Part shown: positions 1-9,677 of the stretch, in pieces
Position numbering within the stretch: the stretch's first letter is position 1
Layout of the letters: each line of letters starts with the position of its first letter
Assembly (NCBI GenBank): GCA_964430025.1
Contig: CAYSFA010000001.1
Location: 1 to 60,698 of the forward strand
Length of the DNA stretch: 60,698 nt
Direction: 5' to 3'
Source: an uncultured Anaerolineaceae bacterium
GTDB lineage: Bacteria; Chloroflexota; Anaerolineae; Anaerolineales; Anaerolineaceae
Position numbers and translations under genes: made by a program
The notes under the pieces: model-generated
Database searches by the model: none
What the model saw: the letters and a program-made list of their open reading frames with translations, nothing else
Told to the model about the DNA's origin: nothing

Positions 1-814
1 CCTGTTTAGGGGCAATTGGAACCGGCTGAGTTAGCGTTTTGCTGGAATTCTCTTGCGATTGAAGAGGGAGACTCTCGGTTGAGGAACTTGTTTTTTGTTT
101 TTCTTTCTGGTCCTTTTCTTGGGGGGTAATTTTTCCTACCTGCGATTTCAATTGTTCAACAGAGCGTAACTTTTGCTCTGGCATCTGCATTTTACTGCTG
201 GCATCTTGTGAAGCTTTTTGAAGCTCATTCGCTTTGTCTTTAAACGAACCGCCAATGGACCCGGGCAATATTGATCCTAAAGATCCTAAGATTCCTGAAA
301 ATAATCGCACAAATCCCAATCCTTTTTTTGATTTTTCTTTGGCTTTGTTGGCAGTTTCATCCAGTTTCTGTTTGGTATCATTTTGATTTACCGATTTAAT
401 TTCTGATTTATCCGTTTGATTTGTACTATCGATCATTTGATTTGAAGATGTATTTACTGAAGTAGGACCTCCACTCAACCTAGCCATTTCCTCATCCTTA
501 GCTTTAATGAGAACTCTCTGAACTTCTTGTGACTTTGGTAGTGGCTTTCCTTCTAACAAACATTGATAAACTAACTCATCCTCAGGAATATTGAATCTGA
601 CTAAAAAGCGTTCATTTACATTTCCATCATTCTTAATGCGAATAAGTTTCTTAATTGTCTGATTTTTCCATTTGATCTTAAGAATGACGCGGATTAGGGC
701 AAATGAGATGATGATTGTCAGAACCAAGGCAAGTAAGGAAAAACCTAAAACTATTAATATTCCCAATGTGTCTGGTACGGAATTAAAAATTTTCTCTAAG
801 AATGAATTGATCAT
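1..814 (-). CDS. membrane protein, 3' end off-window (at least 271 aa); one N-terminal TM helix, polar Lys/Gln/Ser-rich tail with a glycine-zipper-like segment
   Basis: Own translation of the minus strand: ATG at 814-812 (MINSFLEKIFNSVPDTLGILIVLGFSLLALVLTIIISFALIRVIL...). I checked that the frame is open down to position 2. It is absent from the ORF track, probably because it has no in-window stop. It is co-oriented with the FHA gene and 37 nt downstream of it. Confidence 0.6.
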   Translation of the reverse strand, partial: MINSFLEKIFNSVPDTLGILIVLGFSLLALVLTIIISFALIRVILKIKWKNQTIKKLIRIKNDGNVNERFLVRFNIPEDELVYQCLLEGKPLPKSQEVQRVLIKAKDEEMARLSGGPTSVNTSSNQMIDSTNQTDKSEIKSVNQNDTKQKLDETANKAKEKSKKGLGFVRLFSGILGSLGSILPGSIGGSFKDKANELQKASQDASSKMQMPEQKLRSVEQLKSQVGKITPQEKDQKEKQKTSSSTESLPLQSQENSSKTLTQPVPIAPKQ

Positions 815-850
815 AATAATATCTCGATAACTAATATAGTTTTATATAAA

Positions 851-1957
851 TCATTCATCTTCATTCTCCATTGGCTCATCTGTTGTTACCTTCAACACCT
901 GAACTTTTGATTTTGGTACAGCTAATTTGGGTTTTCCTCGTTTAAATTCCGCGATTGGATCATTGTGTACCTCAGCGGTAATTGGCTCGTTCTCAGCCCA
1001 CCAATCAACCTCTTCGAGTGTTTCCTTCTTCTCCTCCAAAACTTCAATTTTCTCATCCTGATTATTATTGATTGGTTGACCTTCGGTAGATGGCTGATAA
1101 GGAATTTCTTTCGGCGATTCCTCTTCTAAGGTGGGTGAAAAAGTAATTGGTTGAAGCAATTCTTTTTTCACTTCCTTCCCAATTCCAGGTGTTTCATTTG
1201 GTTCTGGTACCATTTCTAATTGATCTTGCGCATCCGAATCAACATCAACTGTAAACCGGAAAATTGGTTCAACATTCAAAACTACCGGAATAATTACTTC
1301 TTCAGTTGGATAGGCATTAACAGCAAGAACCCTGATTTTAATGGGGCAATAACCTGCAGGTGGTCGCACACCTAAATGAAAAAAGCGAATTTGAAGTTTC
1401 TCCTCCCCACCTGGATACAAAAGTGGAGCTGGATCAATCTGGTAACAATCTGATGGTAATCCCTCCAAATCCATTTCAAATTGGCTTCTTTTTTCCTGCC
1501 CAAAATTCTTAAGGGTGATCAACCCGGTTAATTTCCTTCCTTCTTTAAGATCGAGTGAAGGCATCTCAAACGTAACACCAATATTTTCACTTCGCTTTTC
1601 TAATGAAATTCCATTCGCGGACTGGAGGTAAAAAGTTAATTGAAAGTCACCTAATTTCAGGCTATCTCCATCCTCTAAATTTCTGGATCCTTTGGCAGGA
1701 ACAACTACATTCCCTCTTGCTCCTGCTAACGACAAAGCCAATGGTTCATTCACGAGATTTACCATTTTGAAATTTCGCCTGTCAGTTTGTGTGCTGATAA
1801 GTTGTAGATGAGCACTTGCGACTCCACTTCCATACTCATCAGGAAGGACAATATCATTGAAACCTGCGCTGCCAATCATTGTCAAGGCTTTGGTTATCGG
1901 AAATGTTTTTGCCCATCCATTTCTGTCAATGACGTAAACTGATCCGTTGTAATTCAT
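851..1957 (-). CDS. FHA-domain protein with a central Ig-like (CARDB-like) region and an acidic C-terminal tail
   Basis: N-terminus fits the FHA pattern (TMIGSAGFNDIVLPDEYGSGVASAHLQLI ... NLEDGDSLKLGDFQLTF). The track start at 1969 is TTG. The ATG at 1957 is preceded by GGAG (ttGGAGaaaaccATG), so 1957 is preferred. Confidence 0.6.
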   Translation of the reverse strand: MNYNGSVYVIDRNGWAKTFPITKALTMIGSAGFNDIVLPDEYGSGVASAHLQLISTQTDRRNFKMVNLVNEPLALSLAGARGNVVVPAKGSRNLEDGDSLKLGDFQLTFYLQSANGISLEKRSENIGVTFEMPSLDLKEGRKLTGLITLKNFGQEKRSQFEMDLEGLPSDCYQIDPAPLLYPGGEEKLQIRFFHLGVRPPAGYCPIKIRVLAVNAYPTEEVIIPVVLNVEPIFRFTVDVDSDAQDQLEMVPEPNETPGIGKEVKKELLQPITFSPTLEEESPKEIPYQPSTEGQPINNNQDEKIEVLEEKKETLEEVDWWAENEPITAEVHNDPIAEFKRGKPKLAVPKSKVQVLKVTTDEPMENEDE

Positions 1958-1988
1958 GGTTTTCTCCAAATCATTTCTTCAACTCCAA

Positions 1989-3119
1989 TCAAGCGCCTTT
2001 ATACTTATCTTTCCACCCAAGAATAAATGTAAGCAAGTTTGATCCCCACTCAAAAGCTGTGCGTAATTCTCCTCGGGTTGGTTTGCGATCTTTCGCTTCT
2101 CCATTCCACAAAGCGCCATAATTAAAAGTGCTGAGGACACCACCATTTCCACTCAACCATTCTCCATCAGAAGTAAATCCTTGCGGGACTTCTACAAAGA
2201 AGTATGGTTCGGATAAGAGGGCATCACATTTCAATGCATTTCCTTTCAATTCCAATTGGATTTCTTTCGCAACAGCTTTGAATGAGTCTGCTGCCAGGCT
2301 ATCAACAGCTTCCATGAAAAGAAAACCACCTCGAGTAATATAACCTTGTAATCCTTTCAATTGGGCACTCGTCAGCTTAAATTTTCCAGAACCGACCAGA
2401 TAAATGAAGGCGTTTCCCAATACGCCAGGATCAAGCTGAACATCATCGTTCACAACCAGGTTGATGTGGTCTGATTTCCGAGCTACTTCAGCAAGTCGAA
2501 TCAACCCTTGACCTTGAATCTTTTCATTCACTTCCCCTAAATAAATAACCGCCGAAGTTAATAATTGTTCACTATTTAGTGAAATATTTCTACGGAAACG
2601 TAAATCAATCTCATTAATCTTCGGACCTTTCGCATTATCAGCATCATTGATATTTGAAGTCCGATTTTCTCTTGTGAATCTAGCCAGCTCTACCATAGAT
2701 CTTTCTGGAACCGATTGTCTGGCAGTGATTAAAAATTCATCTTGAAGAAAAGCGAGCCCTGAGCCATCATTATTCTTCTTCAAATTTGTGGTGGATTCAC
2801 GTTGAATGATCGTTAAATACAATGGCCCATCGATCTCATCCCCTAAATCATAGGCAACTGGTTCTGAAAGAACAATCACTTTCCCATAAGGATCGATGGC
2901 GATCCCAGGAAGGATAAATACCATTGAATCAGGGGGATCACTCGCTACTACTTCCAACCCAACCAAAATTCCAGAACCATGGAAGAAAAGGTTGTGAGCC
3001 TGGTTATATTGACGGTGAAAATCATGCGCTTGATTCCAAACATCAGCGGTAACTGACATTCCATCATAAGGTTTGATTCGTTTCTTGGGGAATAAATTCA
3101 ACAAATTCTCAGTGCTCAT
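1989..3119 (-). CDS. hypothetical CIS baseplate-distal protein in the Afp13 (fibre) slot; C-terminal half resembles DUF4159
   Basis: ATGA start/stop overlap with the gpI-like gene. The segment AFIYLVGSGKFKLTSAQLKGLQGYITRGGFLFMEA ... LLSEPYFF ... VLSTFNYGALW recalls the DUF4159 pattern. This is from memory and not computed. No fibre-like repeats or knob motifs are visible. Confidence 0.35.
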   Translation of the reverse strand: MSTENLLNLFPKKRIKPYDGMSVTADVWNQAHDFHRQYNQAHNLFFHGSGILVGLEVVASDPPDSMVFILPGIAIDPYGKVIVLSEPVAYDLGDEIDGPLYLTIIQRESTTNLKKNNDGSGLAFLQDEFLITARQSVPERSMVELARFTRENRTSNINDADNAKGPKINEIDLRFRRNISLNSEQLLTSAVIYLGEVNEKIQGQGLIRLAEVARKSDHINLVVNDDVQLDPGVLGNAFIYLVGSGKFKLTSAQLKGLQGYITRGGFLFMEAVDSLAADSFKAVAKEIQLELKGNALKCDALLSEPYFFVEVPQGFTSDGEWLSGNGGVLSTFNYGALWNGEAKDRKPTRGELRTAFEWGSNLLTFILGWKDKYKGA

Positions 3120-4159
3120 TTGGCATCCTCTCCTTCAAGTAGCTCATTTCTCAGTGTTTCCATAACTTCCAAATTTAATTTAAACGCAGTGTGGGCTGGT
3201 TTTCTATCTTCAATTAATTGAGTTATTCTTTGAATGTAGGCATTTTCGTTTCTGGATCGATCTCTCGCATCCATCCGATTTATCTCCTCTTCATCCACCT
3301 TCACATTAACAGTAAAAGTGTGCGGTAGATTCTGAGAACCTAAAGCGATTGCTCTTCCAAGCTTTGCTTCATTTCCTAATTGAAAATTCTGCGACCTATG
3401 TTCAATAATTTCAACCTGACCATTTGTGTAAATACTCAGGTAATCTTCCATTGAGCTCTTCGTTCCACGTCGCTGGTACATTTGAACTGCAACCTGCAGC
3501 AGATTCCTTTTTCGTTCTTCTGGTAAATTCTCATCCCAGACCACACCTAACCATGATCCCAACCAGGGTAGAAATTCGGATGGTGTGAAAGCTGGGTCAA
3601 AATACAAATCTATCTGATTGATCTGTTGGTTGATTGGCTTCCAGAAACTCTCAAAAAGCATTAAATAACGTCCAATAAAATCCTGGTCGTGGTAAATTTC
3701 TGGTAAATGATTAAGATAACTTCCCTTGGGATGAACCGCTACCCGGATATTCTCACTCGCAACAATTTGTCCTTTTGAATTAATAAGATCCGCTACACTG
3801 ACAAGATAGACCTTACGTACCTGATTTAGAACCTTTGCTTTGATTGTTAATTCAAGAAACTGACCAGGAAGATATTTCTTACCTAAATGCCAATCAACTA
3901 CCTGTGCTGCTTGTTGATCTTTTACGTAGGTATCACCCGTTTCATTTTCATTGATTGAAAACTCAATTAATTCAAGACCTAATGGTAAGGCTATAGAAAG
4001 TATTGAGTTGATATACTCTTTCTTAAACAATACTCTTGTAAAGAAATGAACAATCTCACCCGGGTAGCGACTATAGAAATCAGGCACGAAGGATAAATCT
4101 GGGACTTTTGTATATTCTATTTGATCCTCTACTTCAATAATTGGAAACATTCTGCTCAC
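3116..4159 (-). CDS. CIS baseplate protein, phage P2 gpI-like (Afp12-like)
   Basis: LPEIYHDQDFIGRYLMLFESFWKPINQQINQIDLYFDPAFTPSEFLPWLGSWLGVVWDENLPEERKRNLL is a typical Tail_P2_I core. The GTG start at 4159 overlaps the upstream stop (GTGA). An alternative ATG lies at 4150. Confidence 0.8.
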   Translation of the reverse strand: MSRMFPIIEVEDQIEYTKVPDLSFVPDFYSRYPGEIVHFFTRVLFKKEYINSILSIALPLGLELIEFSINENETGDTYVKDQQAAQVVDWHLGKKYLPGQFLELTIKAKVLNQVRKVYLVSVADLINSKGQIVASENIRVAVHPKGSYLNHLPEIYHDQDFIGRYLMLFESFWKPINQQINQIDLYFDPAFTPSEFLPWLGSWLGVVWDENLPEERKRNLLQVAVQMYQRRGTKSSMEDYLSIYTNGQVEIIEHRSQNFQLGNEAKLGRAIALGSQNLPHTFTVNVKVDEEEINRMDARDRSRNENAYIQRITQLIEDRKPAHTAFKLNLEVMETLRNELLEGEDAK

Positions 4160-6273
4160 TCTCTTTGAATATCTACCAAATCAATAACTGTGACTTCATG
4201 ATCTAAGGAACAGATCAACGCGTTCTCAGGAATCCAGATCACTTTTTCCTCCACGCGTGTAGGATTCGGTCGCTCATCCGGATTAATTGATTCTGTTTTT
4301 GGATTTACCGTTCGGGAAAAAATGTCGGCATCAATGACATACTTAACTCCAGGTACCCTCTGCACTAAAGAGTAGATTTCTGCAGAAAACAGACTCTTTC
4401 CAAAAGTCCAACCTTTCCATCCGGATTCCAGAAGATGATCTCTTTCTTCTATCTCTGGGAAAGGCACTAATGGATTCAAAAAATTGCTTAAGTGTTGTTT
4501 AACTCGTGTCAGAACAGTTCCAGGATTACTGTAATCATCCACGACAATTTTGACATCGACCTTAATGCCCATGTACTCAGGTTCTTTTACCCTCACATGT
4601 GTGGTTAACAACCTGAATTGATCCAGATAATTCCCTAATTCTTCAATGAATAATTGATTTACATAAAGCCTGGAAATATCTCCAACTGCCAATGAATCAG
4701 TCACAGAAGGAACAACCAACATTTCAACAATTCCGAGTTCCCCTCTATTCTTTTCGAGGTTTGGGGTGATACATTTTACCCTTGCTATCGTTCGACTAAA
4801 ATCCAATGCTAATTGTTCAAAATCCTGGGCGGTGACTGCACGTTTTTGCGCTTGTAACTCCCGCTGAGCCCGTAATTTCACCTCATCCAAAGTCTCCTGG
4901 TCTCTTCCACCTGTAGCTCGTACCAGATTTGTAACCCGAGACACGTAAGCAATAGAGGAACTCAATGTATTCAAATTGTTTACTGGTAAATTTCCAATCG
5001 ATCCACCGCCATAGCGATAACTACTGAAATATAACGGTCTACCACTTTCTGGAATTCGGCCATATTGAACAATTGAACCATCTGGTTGGCGTACTGAGGA
5101 TCCAAAAGTAATCGTCGCGGATGCTTCATCCAAAGTGAAATGTCTGTCAAATCGAGTCGATTTGGAAAAATCATGAACCACTTGCCAGGGAACTAAAACG
5201 TTTTCTCCATTTCGAAATTCTTCAACCAAAACAGTCTCGTTCTCTCTCAGCTTTAATACTGGAAATTGTTGTAATTGGAAAGTTTGACCAGGTTCTCCAC
5301 TACTGTTTCCTAAGAATTCCTGATCAATAGACAAAGCGTGGGTGGAAGGGACTGCTGCCCCTATCGAATAGGTTTCAATTCGTTGAACCCGAGGAGATTC
5401 AGTATACATCCCTTGGGAAGGATTTCTTTGTTCAATACGACATCGCACCCAATAAGCATTTTGGCCGCTCACGAGATCTGGTTTTGCTTCTAAAGGAAGA
5501 TACATAACCAGGCTTCCGGTTGGGTTGTTCAGACCACCTGTTGTATCTCTTTCACCCTGGAATTTACTTAGTGGAACTTCCTGCCATTTACCATCTCCCA
5601 TGGAACATTCCCAAACCCAAGGGGGGTCTTCACGCCGTATACCAACTGCCTCAGTAGGTTCACAGGTGAAATTGAACCGTAAAATATGGCCTTTAATATC
5701 ACAGGCTGGAACAGCAGCAATATCATTAACCGGGTCAAAACCTACATAGAAGGTGTCACCTTCTTTTGGATTGTATCGATCAAATGGATAGAATGTCTCG
5801 ATGCCCATTCTGGAAAGGAAATTCTTATTAACCTCTGTTAACTTTCTCAATTGATTCAATTTTGGTGGAAAAATCTCCAACAGTCGATCAGTCGAAAAAA
5901 CCACTTCATCCCCACCAGTCATATCAGAAACGACCTGAAATCCTTTCGGAATAATCACTGATTGCTGGTTGTCATCACTAATAGGAAGGGCAACCGAAAG
6001 CCAAAATGTTAAATCAGTTCTCGCACTGCTTGCAGGTTGAATTTTTAAACCTAATAATTCCAGAAATTTGATATAGTTTTTATCCGGGACACGATTTAAC
6101 CGATAAACCATCAATTCTGTCATCCAGGCGAACAGCTCAACCAAAGTGATTCCAGGATCGCTCAAATTATAATCAGTCCATTCTGGACAATACTGAATGA
6201 TTCTCTTTCTCGCCTCATCCACCAGGTCTTTTTGAAATCTTAGATCGTCTAAATTCGGGGTTGGTAACGGCAT
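4156..6273 (-). CDS. CIS baseplate protein, baseplate-J / T4 gp6-like (Afp11-like)
   Basis: N-terminus PLPTPNLDDLRFQKDLVDEARKRIIQYCPEWTDYNLSDPGITLVELFAWMTE is characteristic of baseplate-J assembly proteins. RBS AGGAG lies 7 nt upstream of the ATG. Position follows gp25 and PAAR. Confidence 0.85.
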   Translation of the reverse strand: MPLPTPNLDDLRFQKDLVDEARKRIIQYCPEWTDYNLSDPGITLVELFAWMTELMVYRLNRVPDKNYIKFLELLGLKIQPASSARTDLTFWLSVALPISDDNQQSVIIPKGFQVVSDMTGGDEVVFSTDRLLEIFPPKLNQLRKLTEVNKNFLSRMGIETFYPFDRYNPKEGDTFYVGFDPVNDIAAVPACDIKGHILRFNFTCEPTEAVGIRREDPPWVWECSMGDGKWQEVPLSKFQGERDTTGGLNNPTGSLVMYLPLEAKPDLVSGQNAYWVRCRIEQRNPSQGMYTESPRVQRIETYSIGAAVPSTHALSIDQEFLGNSSGEPGQTFQLQQFPVLKLRENETVLVEEFRNGENVLVPWQVVHDFSKSTRFDRHFTLDEASATITFGSSVRQPDGSIVQYGRIPESGRPLYFSSYRYGGGSIGNLPVNNLNTLSSSIAYVSRVTNLVRATGGRDQETLDEVKLRAQRELQAQKRAVTAQDFEQLALDFSRTIARVKCITPNLEKNRGELGIVEMLVVPSVTDSLAVGDISRLYVNQLFIEELGNYLDQFRLLTTHVRVKEPEYMGIKVDVKIVVDDYSNPGTVLTRVKQHLSNFLNPLVPFPEIEERDHLLESGWKGWTFGKSLFSAEIYSLVQRVPGVKYVIDADIFSRTVNPKTESINPDERPNPTRVEEKVIWIPENALICSLDHEVTVIDLVDIQRE

Positions 6274-6306
6274 ACCTGATCTCCTAATTGGTTCAATAAT
6301 CGATAA

Positions 6307-6720
6307 TTACCAGTTTTCTTCCTCTTCCAGGAAGAAAGGATAAACAATACTGCGCACATCATGAGTCGCTTTAATTTCATAATTAATTTCTACCTGGAGA
6401 GAGCCATCCAAGTCATCATCCATTAAAACTTCAACCTGCAACACCTGAATTCTTGGTTCCCAAAAATTTAAAGCATCCAGAACATATTTCTTCAGTAAAC
6501 TGGCTGTGGTTGCATCTCGTACTTCAAACAATAGATCATGTGCTTTGCATCCAAAGGTCGGTCGCATTACCCGTTCACCTGGTCTGGTACCAAGGATGAT
6601 ACGAATAGATTGTTCGATATCTTCCGCACCACTAACAAGCGCTATCTCTCCACGAGTGTTCACCTTCATTGGAAAAGCAAGCCCAGTTCCTAAATATGCT
6701 TTTCGTAAATCTTTCGTCAT
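6307..6720 (-). CDS. baseplate wedge protein, GPW/gp25 family (Afp9-like)
   Basis: IEQSIRIILGTRPGERVMRPTFGCKAHDLLFE matches the gp25 lysozyme-like fold motif; 137 aa. Confidence 0.9.
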   Translation of the reverse strand: MTKDLRKAYLGTGLAFPMKVNTRGEIALVSGAEDIEQSIRIILGTRPGERVMRPTFGCKAHDLLFEVRDATTASLLKKYVLDALNFWEPRIQVLQVEVLMDDDLDGSLQVEINYEIKATHDVRSIVYPFFLEEEENW

Positions 6721-6738
6721 ATCAATTTCATTCCTTTT

Positions 6739-7029
6739 TTATCCACCGATCAACACATTAGGTTGGCCTTTAGCCACCACTGTAGAAACAGGCACACCAG
6801 TTGCAGGGTTTGATCCGGCAACCTGACTGGTCATTCGCGCCGCCGGTCTACCACCAATGAGGACAGTCATGCTTCCCATCACGATCGATCCCATACAAGC
6901 TGCCCCGCTGACCATATCACCAACAACCGATGCCGGAAGTCCACCAATCAAGACATTGGCTACACCAGGTCCAGTGATAGCATCTCCGGTTGCGGTCATA
7001 TCTGATACTCTTGCTGCTGGAAAACTCAT
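6739..7029 (-). CDS. PAAR-domain spike-tip protein (Afp10-like)
   Basis: Two literal PAAR motifs (FPAARVSD, RPAARMTS), Gly-rich, 96 aa, immediately downstream of the spike gene. RBS is AGGAGAG. Confidence 0.9.
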   Translation of the reverse strand: MSFPAARVSDMTATGDAITGPGVANVLIGGLPASVVGDMVSGAACMGSIVMGSMTVLIGGRPAARMTSQVAGSNPATGVPVSTVVAKGQPNVLIGG

Positions 7030-7059
7030 TATTCTCTCCTGTCCTGATCCATATTTTGC

Positions 7060-8919
7060 CTAATTGATCTTGACCAATGATCCTTGAATTTGAACAATTC
7101 CACCACTCTTAAGAGTAGTTTGGGCTGATCCATTAACTTCAACTTGAGGTCCTTTCAACGCTGCTCCTGACATTTGCAAAGTCAGTTCTCCTGGACCAGC
7201 TTTCAAACCGACTTTTTGTTTTGATTCCAGAGTCATGGCACTTTGACTTTCAATTTTTGCACCAGCTTTAGTGGTTAAGCTCATCTCCCCTTTACTGGTG
7301 ACTGAAAATTTTCCATCAGCCTCAAAAATCAAATCTCCTTTGGCTTTAAAAGTTATGGAATTTTTACTGGTATCAAACTCAATCAGATTATTTTTGGTTT
7401 TATCTTGAATTGTTATTTTTTCTTTCCCATTTTCATCATTCAACTCAATCAAATGCCCACTTCTAGAACGAATTACTCGGCTCTCAACTTTTTCATCTTT
7501 TAAAGCTTCTCCACTCGCTCCAGCAGGCAATTTATCCTTCCCATTCCACAGACCCCCAACGATATAGGGTAAATTAACATCCCCTTGTTCAAAGGCAACC
7601 AGAACTTCATCATCAATTTCAGGCATAAAGAAGATACCTCTCTCCTTACCTGCCCCAATTGAAGCTACTCTGGCCCAGGTACTGGAAAGTTCTGCTCCTT
7701 CATATTTCGACATCCATGGAAATTTGACCTGCGCACGACCCAATTTATCAGGATCTTTTATGCTCGTCACTAATGCACTCACCACACCATCAATTCGGTG
7801 TGAATTTGACTGATTATTTGAATTTAACAAAGAATGGATCGTATTCGGTGCTAACCCTGATACTCCAAAGGTCACTGTATATTCGCCATGTCCAAAATAA
7901 TGTTGCGCTTCTGTTACATGATATTTTCCTTTAAAGCGGGTCCCCACCCCATCAACTTCAACCACCTTCCCAGCGATTAAACGAGGATCACCATAAGCCA
8001 ATTCCCCTTCTGCTTGAATGAAAGTGCTCTCGGATAAATTTTTAATTCCCTTAGCCATTTCATCAGCCATTGCTTTGGTTGTTGCTAACCCAATATCGGA
8101 AAAATCCTCTGCTTTCGTAAAAGCTGTTTCTGCCGCTTTTCCACCTGACGAAGGTGTAAATCCGATTTTTGGAGCAATATTATCTGAGCCTGTATCCTTG
8201 CCCACAACTGCAACTTTCTGTTTCACATCCCAACCTGTTGCCGTTGTAGAAGAAAACTGACCAACCACAGAGATTCGAGGTTCAAATCTACGTAAATTTA
8301 ACCCCCAGGTTAATGTTGCGGGGTTTCTCCCAGATACTTGGGTTCCAATTTTCTTAAAACACAATTTTTCATCGTTAACATACACCTGATAGCCAATTCG
8401 TCTTGCTCGATATTGAAGAAAATCCCAATCTGTCATGTTGTGCTGCATCAAATATTCATATTGTATGGATGTGGAAGCAACATCAGTACTCAATCCAGCC
8501 CCGGATGCAATTTTATTTACAATATCACTATCTTTTACCTTCAAGAAAGTCCGGCTTTTCTTACCACGGGTTAAACGGTGTGCCTTATCATATCCGCGAA
8601 TCTTCAGTGTCACAGGTCCCCCCGCTGTAAAAACAGGTTCGATTGCAGTGATCTCACCACTGATTAAATCACTATTCACCGTTGAAGTCTCCATTGGAAT
8701 TTCATCAGTTGTGATGCTAATTTTTACCTTTGAACCAATCTTGAATACATCAGAATCAATGTAAGTATATTTTCCTGTTTTTTGGTCTTCCTCATCCTTG
8801 ATCAACAAACTGAACATTGATGGCATGGATAAATTTGTATCAACTATTACCTCAATCAAGTCATATTCTAAGTTCCTGAGTGTTTGTCCATTAATTGTGA
8901 TTTTGATTTCTTCTGTCAT
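7060..8919 (-). CDS. VgrG-like spike / phage late control D (gp27-gp5) protein (Afp8-like)
   Basis: The gp5 OB-fold region GRAQVKFPWMSKYEGAELSSTWARVASIGAGKERGIFFMPEIDDEVLVAFEQGDVNLPYIVGGLWNG is followed by a beta-helical repeat tail. Confidence 0.9.
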   Translation of the reverse strand: MTEEIKITINGQTLRNLEYDLIEVIVDTNLSMPSMFSLLIKDEEDQKTGKYTYIDSDVFKIGSKVKISITTDEIPMETSTVNSDLISGEITAIEPVFTAGGPVTLKIRGYDKAHRLTRGKKSRTFLKVKDSDIVNKIASGAGLSTDVASTSIQYEYLMQHNMTDWDFLQYRARRIGYQVYVNDEKLCFKKIGTQVSGRNPATLTWGLNLRRFEPRISVVGQFSSTTATGWDVKQKVAVVGKDTGSDNIAPKIGFTPSSGGKAAETAFTKAEDFSDIGLATTKAMADEMAKGIKNLSESTFIQAEGELAYGDPRLIAGKVVEVDGVGTRFKGKYHVTEAQHYFGHGEYTVTFGVSGLAPNTIHSLLNSNNQSNSHRIDGVVSALVTSIKDPDKLGRAQVKFPWMSKYEGAELSSTWARVASIGAGKERGIFFMPEIDDEVLVAFEQGDVNLPYIVGGLWNGKDKLPAGASGEALKDEKVESRVIRSRSGHLIELNDENGKEKITIQDKTKNNLIEFDTSKNSITFKAKGDLIFEADGKFSVTSKGEMSLTTKAGAKIESQSAMTLESKQKVGLKAGPGELTLQMSGAALKGPQVEVNGSAQTTLKSGGIVQIQGSLVKIN

Positions 8920-8934
8920 TTTCTTTCCTACTCT

Positions 8935-9651
8935 TTACAGGGGAGGGATAATTAATACTTGACCGGGATGAATATCAGTTGGATCATCCAATCCGTTCGC
9001 TGCGGCAATTTCCCGCCATAATCCTGGATGACCATATTCGGTGAAGGCTAAATAATCCAAACGGTCCCCCTGTCGTACCAGATGCGTTTTGCGAGATTCA
9101 GTCCTTGTGGTTGGATTTTGACTATCCTGTGGGCCATCTTCATCAAATGCTTGAATAAAATCTACTTTGGCTCTTGCTCTTACAGGAATTCCACTCGCCA
9201 AAAATAGTGTGTAACTAATTTCCACTTTCTTGATGACCGCAATAAATAAAACTAAATCTCCCCAAATGAATTGCACCAAAGGCGGATCATCATCTTTCTT
9301 TTTGGGATCACCTGCCCCCATAAGAGTTAAAGAAAGCAGTTGATTGGTAAATCCACGCACATCCTGATTTTCCAATCTGGTCGTGTCGAATACAAGATCC
9401 AGACTGAATTCCGCAGGATTTCCACCCCCAAACGCCAAGTCTGGAGAATTTAATTCAGGTCTTGGTTCTACTTTATCTTTTTCTCCTCGGCCTGCCCGCC
9501 ATTCCACTGTTTTTACGATGGTCAACGAAGAAGGATTAAATTGGCAATCAATGGTCTTTGCCCCTGCTCCAGCTGAATAAATAATCTTAGCCTTTTGTAA
9601 GGTTGGTTTTTCAGATGGTGGATTTAGTGTGCTTTTAATTTTGTCGAACAA
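8935..9651 (-). CDS. tube-initiator protein with C-terminal LysM domain (Afp7-like)
   Basis: N-terminal tube-like fold (IDCQFNPSSLTIVKTVEW) plus C-terminal LysM (VRQGDRLDYLAFTEYGHPGLWREIAAANGLDDPTDIHPGQVLIIPP). TTG start is preceded by GGAGGTG. Confidence 0.85.
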   Translation of the reverse strand: MFDKIKSTLNPPSEKPTLQKAKIIYSAGAGAKTIDCQFNPSSLTIVKTVEWRAGRGEKDKVEPRPELNSPDLAFGGGNPAEFSLDLVFDTTRLENQDVRGFTNQLLSLTLMGAGDPKKKDDDPPLVQFIWGDLVLFIAVIKKVEISYTLFLASGIPVRARAKVDFIQAFDEDGPQDSQNPTTRTESRKTHLVRQGDRLDYLAFTEYGHPGLWREIAAANGLDDPTDIHPGQVLIIPPL

Positions 9652-9677
9652 GGGTCACCTCCAATTTTCTCTTCCGA

